64,000 nucleotides of DNA from the NCBI GenBank assembly GCA_002358855.1, contig DEPQ01000067.1, forward strand, positions 1,106 through 65,105, in the 5' to 3' direction. The stretch comes from Bacteroidales bacterium UBA3388 (lineage in GTDB: Bacteria; Bacteroidota; Bacteroidia; Bacteroidales; P3). A model generated the notes under the pieces. That model made no database searches. It had not been told where the DNA came from and was given only the letters and a program-made list of their open reading frames with translations. Position numbers and translations under genes: made by a program. Below are positions 56,716 to 64,000 of this stretch, one piece after another. The stretch's first letter is position 1. Every line of letters begins with the position of its first letter.

Positions 56716-58677
56716 ATGAAACTCTCAATAGTAATAGTAAATTATAATGTAGAATATTTTTTGGAGCATTGTTTGTATTCTGTACAAAAGGCTATTAAGA
56801 ATATAGATGCAGAAGTGTTAATTGTAGATAATAACTCGGTTGATGCTTCTGTTAAAATGCTTAAAGAAAAATTTGCTCAATTTTGTTTAATTGAGAACAA
56901 AGAGAATGTAGGCTTTGCAAAGGCAAACAATCAGGCTATGAGAATAGCAAAAGGTGAATATATTCTTTTGTTAAACCCTGATACTGTTGTGGAAGAAGAT
57001 ACTTTTGAAAAATGTATTTCTTTTATGGATTCTCATAAAGACTGTGGCGGTTTAGGAATAAAGATGATTGATGGGCAGGGAAACATACTTAAAGAAAGTA
57101 AAAGAGGGTTTCCTACGCCTTGGGCTAGCTTTTGCAAGATGAGTGGTTTGACTTCGCTGTTTCCTAATTCTAAAAAATATGCTCAATATTACATGGGACA
57201 TCTTTCTTACGAAGAAACAAATCAGGTAGATATACTTGCAGGTGCTTATATGATGATGAGAAAAGAATGTCTTGATAAAGTAGGATTGCTTGATGAAGAT
57301 TATTTCATGTATGGTGAAGATATTGATTTGTCATATAGAATAACACTCGGCGGATACAAGAATTATTATTTCCCAGAGGCTACAATAATTCACTATAAAG
57401 GCGAATCAACAAAAAAATCAAGTCTTAATTATGTCTATACCTTTTATAATGCAATGGCAATATTTGCCAAAAAACATTTAGATGCTAAACAAAATAAGTT
57501 ATATAGTTTTATAATTAAATTAGCTATTTGGATAAAGGCGTTTTTTGGCTTTTTTTTAAGAATTTTCAAAAACTTTGCGTTGCCGTTCTTTGATTTTGTT
57601 CTAATTTATGCTGGTTTTTATTTCTTGGAAAAGGCTTGGGCAATTTATTATTGGGGTTGGGAGGATTATTACCCTCCTCATTATATGCTAATTGCTGTTC
57701 CAAGTTATATTCTTATTCTTTTGACTTCGGTTTACGTTGCAGGAGGTTATTCAAAAAAGATAAGAATACCAAAAATCATTTCTGGAATTTTTTCGGGTAT
57801 GCTTGTGTTATTGGTTTTTTATTCCTTGTTGCCTTCGGAACTTAGATATTCGCGAGCATTAGTTGTAATGGGTTCGGTAATGAGCCTTGGAATTTTGCTT
57901 TTTGTTAGATTGATAATCAGATTTCTTCGTTCAGGAAAATTATCTTTTAATAATGAAGATTTTTTACGTTGTGCAATAATTGCAGATGAACAAGAGGCTG
58001 AAAGAATTGCTAATTTAATTCATTCCACAAGTCTTAAACCAGAATTTATTGCACTTGTTAGCGTAGGAGAGAAGCCTGATAAGGAAAGTTTTGTAGGAAA
58101 TATTTCACAAATTGATGATATTATTAGAATTTATTCTATAAATGAGGTGATATTTTCTGCAAAAAGTCTTTCGCAATCAAGCATAAATAGTTTGATGAAC
58201 CGTTTGGCAAAAACAAATGTTAAGTTTACGATAGCACCTCCAACAGCTGATTTTATAATCGGTAGTAACACTATAAATTCTCCAACAGATCTTTATGTGG
58301 TTAGTTTGAATAGTATTACAAATGAAGATAATAAGAGAAAGAAACGACTCTTTGATTTTATTTCTTCTTTGTTTTTGTTAATTTTTTCTTTGATTTTGAT
58401 GTGGTTTACAAAGAATCCTTTTGGTTATTTAAAGAATTGCTTTATGGTTCTTTTTAATTTTAGAACTTGGATAGGTTTTGGAAATGATAAAGACAAAAAT
58501 GCAAATGGTCTTCCTAATTTAAAAAAATCAATTCTTTCACCTTTGGATATTATGAAAAAAGAAAATTTGAACAAACTTGATAAACAAAAACTTAAATTAT
58601 TGTACGCAAGAAATTATAGTGTGTATAATGATATAAATATTTTATTTAAATGTTTTAGAAACTTAGGACAAAAATAG
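56716..58677 (+). CDS. Family-2 glycosyltransferase fused to a TM block, a Rossmann-like linker domain and a short degenerate bacterial-sugar-transferase-like tail
   Basis: GT2: SIVIVNYNVEYFLEHCL, LLLNPDT, YGEDIDLSYR. TM helices at aa about 265-400. Tail from aa about 541: KRLFDFISSLFLLIFSLILMW...NFRTW...LLYARNYSVYNDINILFKCF. Confidence 0.8.
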   Translation: MKLSIVIVNYNVEYFLEHCLYSVQKAIKNIDAEVLIVDNNSVDASVKMLKEKFAQFCLIENKENVGFAKANNQAMRIAKGEYILLLNPDTVVEEDTFEKCISFMDSHKDCGGLGIKMIDGQGNILKESKRGFPTPWASFCKMSGLTSLFPNSKKYAQYYMGHLSYEETNQVDILAGAYMMMRKECLDKVGLLDEDYFMYGEDIDLSYRITLGGYKNYYFPEATIIHYKGESTKKSSLNYVYTFYNAMAIFAKKHLDAKQNKLYSFIIKLAIWIKAFFGFFLRIFKNFALPFFDFVLIYAGFYFLEKAWAIYYWGWEDYYPPHYMLIAVPSYILILLTSVYVAGGYSKKIRIPKIISGIFSGMLVLLVFYSLLPSELRYSRALVVMGSVMSLGILLFVRLIIRFLRSGKLSFNNEDFLRCAIIADEQEAERIANLIHSTSLKPEFIALVSVGEKPDKESFVGNISQIDDIIRIYSINEVIFSAKSLSQSSINSLMNRLAKTNVKFTIAPPTADFIIGSNTINSPTDLYVVSLNSITNEDNKRKKRLFDFISSLFLLIFSLILMWFTKNPFGYLKNCFMVLFNFRTWIGFGNDKDKNANGLPNLKKSILSPLDIMKKENLNKLDKQKLKLLYARNYSVYNDINILFKCFRNLGQK

Positions 58678-58727
58678 AAAATGTTGATTTTTTTCTTTGA
58701 AATATTTGTTAGAATTAAAATATTTTC

Positions 58728-58735
58728 TATTTTTG
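58728..58735 (+). promoter_or_regulatory. -7 box (TATTTTTG) far upstream of the ECF sigma gene
   Basis: TAnnTTTG followed by CA. 151 nt upstream of the ATG at 58887. It is the only such box in the 209-nt spacer. Confidence 0.4.
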
Positions 58736-58886
58736 CACCGAAATAGTAGATTTACAAACGAAAATAGTACGCTTATAGATAGGATTATTACTTTTTTTAA
58801 AATTTAAACAAAAATAAATTAGTATTGTATTTAAAGAATATGTAATGCCTTTTTAGGTATTATAATTATAAAAAAAGTTTAATCTT

Positions 58887-59474
58887 ATGAAAAGAATAGA
58901 TGAAAGAAGCGACTATGAGTTAGTCCAAGCCTATATCAACGGTGAGCAAGATGTGTTCAACATTCTTGTGAGTAGACATCAGCAAAAGCTTTATAATTAT
59001 ATACATTCTGTTGTTAAAGATAAAGATGCGTCAGACGATATCTTCCAAGATACTTTTATAAAAGTTGTTAATGTGCTTAGGAGTGGCACTTACAGAGAAG
59101 AAGGTAAGTTTGTGCAATGGATTATGCGAATAGCTCACAACCTTATTATCGATTATTTTAGAAAAGAGCAGAAAATAAAATGTATCCGTTCAAATGATGA
59201 AGTTAATGTATTTGATGTGATTGGTAATTTTGAGGATTCTATTGAGACTGTAATAATAAAAAAACAGATTAGTAGAGATGTTAGACGCCTTATAAAGCTT
59301 TTGCCAGAGGAACAACGCAGAGTGTTAATTATGAGACACTATGCAGATATGTCTTTTAAGGAAATAGCAGAGAAAACAGGCGTTAGCATAAATACAGCAC
59401 TCGGAAGAATGAGATACGCTTTGCTTAATATGAGAAAAATGGCAGAAGAAAAATCTATGCTTTTGACTGTTTAA
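58887..59474 (+). CDS. ECF-type sigma-70 family RNA polymerase sigma factor
   Basis: Region 2 (DIFQDTFIKV, WIMRIAHNLIIDYFR) and region 4 HTH (MSFKEIAEKTGVSINTALGRMRYA). Confidence 0.9.
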   Translation: MKRIDERSDYELVQAYINGEQDVFNILVSRHQQKLYNYIHSVVKDKDASDDIFQDTFIKVVNVLRSGTYREEGKFVQWIMRIAHNLIIDYFRKEQKIKCIRSNDEVNVFDVIGNFEDSIETVIIKKQISRDVRRLIKLLPEEQRRVLIMRHYADMSFKEIAEKTGVSINTALGRMRYALLNMRKMAEEKSMLLTV

Positions 59475-59551
59475 ATTTTCTCTTCAAAACAATATCATAT
59501 AATCATCTTACGTTTAGACTAAAACGATTGTTAAACAAAAAAGGTGATTAT

Positions 59552-59749
59552 ATGATAGATTTTTACCACGTTTATGAACAAATCGAGCTTTGGGAAGAGG
59601 ATTTAAAACGTCAAGAAGAGATATTATTTGGCAGTAATTGTGAAAATATTCCCTCAGAAGATTTGATAAAAAAGATAGTTTCTTATTCAACATCGCAATC
59701 CGTTTATAGCAAAACATTAGATGAAAACATCAACCTTTGCCTTAACTAA
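59552..59749 (+). CDS. Small acidic hypothetical protein (65 aa) between the sigma factor gene and the DAHP synthase gene
   Basis: ORF only. ATG at 59552; the stop lies 4 nt before the next start. No recognisable motif and no TM helix. Confidence 0.3.
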   Translation: MIDFYHVYEQIELWEEDLKRQEEILFGSNCENIPSEDLIKKIVSYSTSQSVYSKTLDENINLCLN

Positions 59750-59753
59750 TAAA

Positions 59754-60776
59754 ATGTTGATTGCAGGACCTTGTTCGGCAGAAGATTATTCTCAAATAAG
59801 GAGTATAGCAGAAGGGATTGCAGAATTTAAAGTAGATTATTTTAGAGCAGGAGTTTGGAAACCAAGAACAAGGCCTTCCGAATTTGAGGGTGTTGGCGTT
59901 GAGGCTTTGAGTTGGCTGAAAGAAATCCAAAAAGAATTTTCCTTAAAAGTGTGCACAGAGGTTGCAACCCCTAATCACGTTGAACAATGCTTGTCTTACG
60001 GAATAGATGCCTTATGGATAGGAGCGAGAACGACAACAAATCCTTTTTCTGTTCAAGATATTGCTGAGGCTTTGAGAGGAGAAAAAATTCCAATCTTTGT
60101 TAAAAATCCACTAAATCCTGATTTAAAGTTATGGATAGGGGCAATAGAAAGATTAAAAAGAGTTGGAATAGAAAATGTCTATGCAGTACATAGAGGATTC
60201 TCTTTAGCAGACAATGGAAACTATCGTCAAACTCCGTTATGGCAAATTCCAATAGAATTAAAAAGAATATTTCCCGACTTAAACATTATTTGCGATCCAA
60301 GTCATATAGCAGGAAAAAGAGAATTAGTAGAATCGCTTTCACAAACTGCAATGAATTTAGGATTAGATGGCTTAATGATAGAGGTACATCATAATCCTGA
60401 AATAGCAAAAACGGATTCTAAGCAACAATTATCAATTAAAGATTTTGAAAATTTAGTTAAAAACCTAATTATTTCAAAAACTGAGGAAAATATTCTACCA
60501 GAAAAAATAAATATTTTAAGGAAAGAAATAGATGATATAGATAATAAATTGATAGAGCTTCTTTCAGAAAGAATGGAAGTTTCAGATAAAATTGCACAAA
60601 TTAAGAAAGAATCAAATCTCTCTGTTTTGCAGATGAATAGATGGAATAAATTGCTTTCTGATAGAATGGAATATTCTAAAACAAAAGGACTTTCGGAAGT
60701 TTTTACAAAAGAAATTTTTGAACTTATTCACGAAGAATCAATCAGGTTGCAAGATGAAATTATCAAGACTATCTAA
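59754..60776 (+). CDS. Bifunctional 3-deoxy-7-phosphoheptulonate (DAHP) synthase / chorismate mutase
   Basis: Type I-beta DAHPS/KDO8PS-like barrel (LIAGPCSAE, ICDPSHIAG). C-terminal AroQ chorismate mutase helix LRKEIDDIDNKLIELLSERMEVSDKIAQIK. Confidence 0.9.
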   Translation: MLIAGPCSAEDYSQIRSIAEGIAEFKVDYFRAGVWKPRTRPSEFEGVGVEALSWLKEIQKEFSLKVCTEVATPNHVEQCLSYGIDALWIGARTTTNPFSVQDIAEALRGEKIPIFVKNPLNPDLKLWIGAIERLKRVGIENVYAVHRGFSLADNGNYRQTPLWQIPIELKRIFPDLNIICDPSHIAGKRELVESLSQTAMNLGLDGLMIEVHHNPEIAKTDSKQQLSIKDFENLVKNLIISKTEENILPEKINILRKEIDDIDNKLIELLSERMEVSDKIAQIKKESNLSVLQMNRWNKLLSDRMEYSKTKGLSEVFTKEIFELIHEESIRLQDEIIKTI

Positions 60777-60817
60777 AAATTTTTTAAAAAAAGACTTGCT
60801 ATAAATAAAAAAATACG

Positions 60818-60825
60818 TACATTTG
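60818..60825 (+). promoter_or_regulatory. -7 box (TACATTTG) for the small lipoprotein gene
   Basis: TAnnTTTG followed by CA. 48 nt upstream of the ATG at 60874. Confidence 0.5.
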
Positions 60826-60873
60826 CACAAACTAAGGAATTGTAAGAAATCATTAACCAAAAAAATAAAAAAG

Positions 60874-61287
60874 ATGAAATTAAGAAGATTATTTTTAAGC
60901 GTAGCTGTTGTAGCATTGATGGCAGCTTGCGGTGGAAAAGCAACAGAAACTGCAACAGAAACAGTAGCAGAAGAAACAGTAGCAACAGAAGCAGTAGTTG
61001 AAGAAACAACAGAAGCTCCAGCAGAAGAAGCTGCACCAGTTGTTGAACAAAAGAAAGCAGATCCATGTGAAGCAAAAGTAAAAGCATTCGAAAAATGGGT
61101 TGACGAATTCAAAGCTGCTCAAAAGAACAAAGCTAATGGAGCAAAAGAATTAAAAGCTTTCTCTGAAATGTTGAAACAAGCTGCTGACCAAGAAGCTACA
61201 GTAAAAGAATGTGTTGAAAACGCAGATTACAAAACTCGCGTTCAAAATGCAATCATGCAATGCAAACAAATCAGATCTCAAAAATAA
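60874..61287 (+). CDS. Small lipoprotein with T/E/A-rich linker, function unknown
   Basis: Lipobox LMAAC after MKLRRLFLSVAVVA. ATG at 60874 lies 49 nt downstream of a TACATTTG box. Followed by a strong terminator hairpin. Confidence 0.6.
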   Translation: MKLRRLFLSVAVVALMAACGGKATETATETVAEETVATEAVVEETTEAPAEEAAPVVEQKKADPCEAKVKAFEKWVDEFKAAQKNKANGAKELKAFSEMLKQAADQEATVKECVENADYKTRVQNAIMQCKQIRSQK

Positions 61288-61311
61288 TTTTTAGAATTTG
61301 ATTAAAAAAAT

Positions 61312-61350
61312 AAAAGGGTTCGGTTAAATGCCGAACCCTTTTTATTTTTT
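61312..61350. terminator. Bidirectional intrinsic terminator between the lipoprotein gene and elbB
   Basis: 12-bp perfect stem AAAAGGGTTCGG / CCGAACCCTTTT with flanking A and T runs. Confidence 0.85.
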
Positions 61351-61356
61351 CATAAA

Positions 61357-62007
61357 CTAAATCATATTATAAAGGGCTTGTATCAAATTATCTGAGCCCT
61401 CAAATATTTGACTAATTCTTGTAGCCACCATATAAGCAGGAGCAGTCAAAAGTTTATTTTTCTCATCAATTGCAACCTCAGTCGCATTGCAAATTTTATG
61501 ATTACAACCCAAAGCAATAGCATCCTTTGCTGCTTGACAATCACCGCCAAGTGTTAATGTAGGATTTTTATCTCCTAAAACCTTTGCTAAAATCATAGGA
61601 GCAATACACAAAGCTGCAATAGGCTTATTTGCAGAGTTAGTTTGCTTTACAGCATTTTCTATTTCCTTGTTTACATTCATTTTTTCTCCACAAAAAGCGT
61701 AATCACTCCAATTTTGAGCCGCTCCCATACCGCCAGGTAACACCAAAGCATCATAATCATTCACGCAATACTCACTCAAAGGCTTGATATTACCTCTGCA
61801 AAGTCTTGAAGCCTCAGTCATTAAATTACGTTTTTCTCCAGTAGGCTCACCTTTAATGTGGTTAAAAACTGAAAAATCGCCTTCAGGAGCAAAACATTGA
61901 TATTCCATTCCTCGTTTATCAATAGCCAAAAGCACAGACAATGTTTCGTGAGTTTCGCTTCCGTCTCTGTTTCCGCAACCTGCTAAAATAACTGCAATCT
62001 TTTTCAT
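61357..62007 (-). CDS. elbB: DJ-1/PfpI-family protein ElbB (isoprenoid biosynthesis glyoxalase-like)
   Basis: N-terminus KIAVILAGCGNRDGSETHE. Conserved Cys in AALCIAP. Confidence 0.85.
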   Translation of the reverse strand: MKKIAVILAGCGNRDGSETHETLSVLLAIDKRGMEYQCFAPEGDFSVFNHIKGEPTGEKRNLMTEASRLCRGNIKPLSEYCVNDYDALVLPGGMGAAQNWSDYAFCGEKMNVNKEIENAVKQTNSANKPIAALCIAPMILAKVLGDKNPTLTLGGDCQAAKDAIALGCNHKICNATEVAIDEKNKLLTAPAYMVATRISQIFEGSDNLIQALYNMI

Positions 62008-62010
62008 AAT

Positions 62011-62505
62011 TTATTTTGAATTTAAAATACGTTTTTCAATCAAAGTAGTGGAGTAACCTTCAATAAATTCAATTGTTTGAACGCTTCCACCTCTTGAAAC
62101 AACAATATCATATCCCACAATGTTTTCAATCTTGTAATCAGCACCCTTCACAAGAATATCAGGCTCTATTTCCTTAATCAATTCATAAGGAGTATCCTCA
62201 TCAAACAAAACAACTGCATCAACACTCTGCAAAGCAGCTAAAATATGTAAACGAGAATTTTTATCTTGCAAAGGACGATGTTCACCTTTCAAGCGTTTAA
62301 CAGAAGAATCCGTATTTACGCCAATAATCAAACGCTCACCTAAATCCTTAGCCTTTGCAAGATAATCCACATGCCCTAAATGCAATAAATCAAAACAACC
62401 ATTAGTAAAAACAATTCTTTCGTTTGCGTTTCTCCATTTAAGAATCAATTCCTTTAAATCCTTTCTGCAAACGATTTTTCTTTCAATTTGTTCTATTTGT
62501 GTCAT
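62011..62505 (-). CDS. Cytidylyltransferase-fold nucleotidyltransferase (RfaE domain II-like, heptose-1-phosphate adenylyltransferase-type)
   Basis: FTNGCFDLLHLGHVDYL (HxGH). 164 aa. Confidence 0.8.
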   Translation of the reverse strand: MTQIEQIERKIVCRKDLKELILKWRNANERIVFTNGCFDLLHLGHVDYLAKAKDLGERLIIGVNTDSSVKRLKGEHRPLQDKNSRLHILAALQSVDAVVLFDEDTPYELIKEIEPDILVKGADYKIENIVGYDIVVSRGGSVQTIEFIEGYSTTLIEKRILNSK

Positions 62506-63488
62506 ATTTGTTTTTTCTTTTTAAAGGAAAAATATATAAAAGCAATCAATCCAACGACTATTGTGCCAATTTGTGAACTTATCCAACTCAACCAACCGCA
62601 TACGTATGCAATTGGTCGTGAAATTGTGTAGGTTTCTAATACTTCTGCAAAGATTGCAGGTTGCAAGCCTATGCCTCCCGGAGTTATCATAGGGCCAAAG
62701 GCTCCTAAAACAGTAGTTACTAAGGCTTGAATAGGGGTTAGAATCTCAGTTTGACTCAAACACTTAAAGCAAACAAAGGTTCCAAAAATCCATAACGCCC
62801 AAATCAATAGAGAATAGAAAATGAAAAGCAAAGGATTTTTTAATTTGAATATGCTTTTTATTCCTTCTAAAAATCCTTTTACTAATTCTTTGGTCTTATT
62901 TAAGGTTTTATTGTTTTTAATCTTGCGTTTGAATGCAAAAAACAATGCAACTACAACAATAATTACCACCATTCCTATTATAAATAGTTGTAAAAGATTA
63001 TTGAAATCAAGGTTAAGGTTTTTTTCTATGTAATCTAATAATAAATCTTTTTGAATTACGATAGTGGTTAATAGGAGTAGGGCAAAAATAACCATATCTA
63101 TAATTCTTTCTGTAATGATTGTGCCGAGAGATTTTTCAATTGGAATATTATCACTTTGTTTTAGCATTGTACAACGCACAACTTCGCCAAGTCTTGGCAC
63201 AGCTAAATTAGTCAAATAGCCACTCATTACTGCTAAAAAGCTGTTTGTGCGAGATACTTTACAACCAAACGTCTCGCTCATCAATCTCCAACGTAATGCT
63301 CTTACATAATGCGAGAGCAAACTAACTATTATAGCAAATCCAAACCAAAGATAATTGGTCTTAGATAATGAATCCCAAATTTGTGTCCTTTCTTCTGCTC
63401 CGAGTTTTGTCCAAAACCACCAAATAAAAGCAAATCCTAATGCAGTAAAGAAAAGGGTTTGGAGAATGTTTTTTAGTTTTGACTTCAA
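62502..63488 (-). CDS. UPF0104 / lysylphosphatidylglycerol-synthase-TM-region-like (flippase-like) membrane protein
   Basis: About 8 TM helices. Conserved RWRLM and PRLGEVVRC segments. Confidence 0.75.
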   Translation of the reverse strand: MKSKLKNILQTLFFTALGFAFIWWFWTKLGAEERTQIWDSLSKTNYLWFGFAIIVSLLSHYVRALRWRLMSETFGCKVSRTNSFLAVMSGYLTNLAVPRLGEVVRCTMLKQSDNIPIEKSLGTIITERIIDMVIFALLLLTTIVIQKDLLLDYIEKNLNLDFNNLLQLFIIGMVVIIVVVALFFAFKRKIKNNKTLNKTKELVKGFLEGIKSIFKLKNPLLFIFYSLLIWALWIFGTFVCFKCLSQTEILTPIQALVTTVLGAFGPMITPGGIGLQPAIFAEVLETYTISRPIAYVCGWLSWISSQIGTIVVGLIAFIYFSFKKKKQI

Positions 63489-63491
63489 GAG

Positions 63492-63836
63492 TTACTCAAC
63501 TTTATTATTTTTTGGGAAGATAACAGTTGGTTTATGATTTTTTGCTTCTTCAAAGTCCATAGAAGCAAACGATACAATAATGACTACATCTCCCACTTGA
63601 ACTAATCGAGCTGCTGCTCCGTTCAAACAAATCTTCCCAGAGCCTCTTTCACCTTTTATTACGTAGGTATCAAATCTTTCTCCGTTGTTTATGTTGTATA
63701 TATGAACTCTTTCGTTTTCTATTATATTGGCTGCGTCCATCAAGTCCTCATCTATTGTGATTGAGCCTATGTAATTCAAATCTGCCTCAGTAATAGTAAC
63801 TCTATGTATTTTTGATTTTACAACTTCTATTTGCAT
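63492..63836 (-). CDS. panD: Aspartate 1-decarboxylase
   Basis: Self-processing site context [10 protein letters not shown] (Gly-Ser). 114 aa. Confidence 0.95.
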   Translation of the reverse strand: MQIEVVKSKIHRVTITEADLNYIGSITIDEDLMDAANIIENERVHIYNINNGERFDTYVIKGERGSGKICLNGAAARLVQVGDVVIIVSFASMDFEEAKNHKPTVIFPKNNKVE

Positions 63837-63861
63837 TCTATTTTAGTTTTTTTTCGGTTTG

Positions 63862-63869
63862 CAAAGTTA
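63862..63869 (-). promoter_or_regulatory. -7 box (TAACTTTG) for the panD operon
   Basis: Reverse complement of CAAAGTTA. 25 nt upstream of the start at 63836. Confidence 0.5.
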
Positions 63870-63914
63870 TGAATTTATATTGAAAATTTATTCTTAGACT
63901 TATTATTTTTTTTT

Positions 63915-63940
63915 CTTTATTTTAGAAAAATATTTCTTTG
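63915..63940 (-). repeat. 21-bp phased units (2, one degenerate), minus orientation
   Basis: CTTTA at 63915 and CTTTG at 63936. The reverse complement of 63920-63940 is CAAAGAAATATTTTTCTAAAA, which matches the first 15 nt of the unit at 12583. Confidence 0.6.
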
Positions 63941-64000
63941 TTTTATTTTGGCAAGAAGCAGAGAACAAAAAATCTATAAATAACCCACCAGTTTACCGCA

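Noticed and set aside
60738-61122. Three minus-strand ORFs (75-124 aa) with Ser/Ala/Leu/Phe/Cys-rich translations.
   Set aside because: They are antisense to the T/E/A-rich linker (GCA/GAA/ACA repeats) of the plus-strand lipoprotein gene. That gene has a promoter box, a lipobox and a terminator. The minus-strand ORFs are low-complexity artefacts.

Overview
This is an AT-rich chromosomal segment (roughly one third G+C by eye) that reads as Bacteroidota. The signs are two cargo proteins with type IX secretion (T9SS) C-terminal sorting domains, recurrent TAnnTTTG(CA) -7 promoter boxes in place of Shine-Dalgarno/-10 signals, a MurF-Alr fusion, a DAHP-synthase/chorismate-mutase fusion, and grpE-dnaJ without dnaK. 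I call about 56 protein-coding genes, nearly all housekeeping: trkA-trkH-trkH, gdhA, purA, grpE-dnaJ, recN, tamB-like, tsaD, aroK, pyrG, dnaX, dapD, argS-clpS-nfeD-floA-uvrA, panC, fabG and panD. I found no rRNA, tRNA or other structured RNA gene, no CRISPR array, and no transposase, integrase or phage module. I cannot point to a convincing novel multi-gene defence or conflict system; this looks like core genome. Three things stand out. (1) dnaX is split at an A10 run. The zero frame stops 12 nt later, while the -1 frame stays open for 171 codons into what looks like the tau C-terminus. This is either a recoding or transcriptional-slippage site, or a homopolymer assembly error. (2) A dispersed intergenic repeat family is built from CAAAGAAA-initiated units phased exactly 21 bp apart in at least four independent arrays. 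It includes a 42-nt perfect palindromic element present twice. (3) One of these arrays directly abuts a 3' remnant of a GDP-L-fucose synthase gene. Lesser observations are an AbrB-type gene translationally coupled to a membrane acyltransferase, a T9SS cargo made of four 108-aa repeats, a UvrA lacking the zinc-module-1 ligands, and a GT2 enzyme fused to a degenerate sugar-transferase tail. Several longest-ORF starts in the supplied track overrun promoter boxes and are corrected here.
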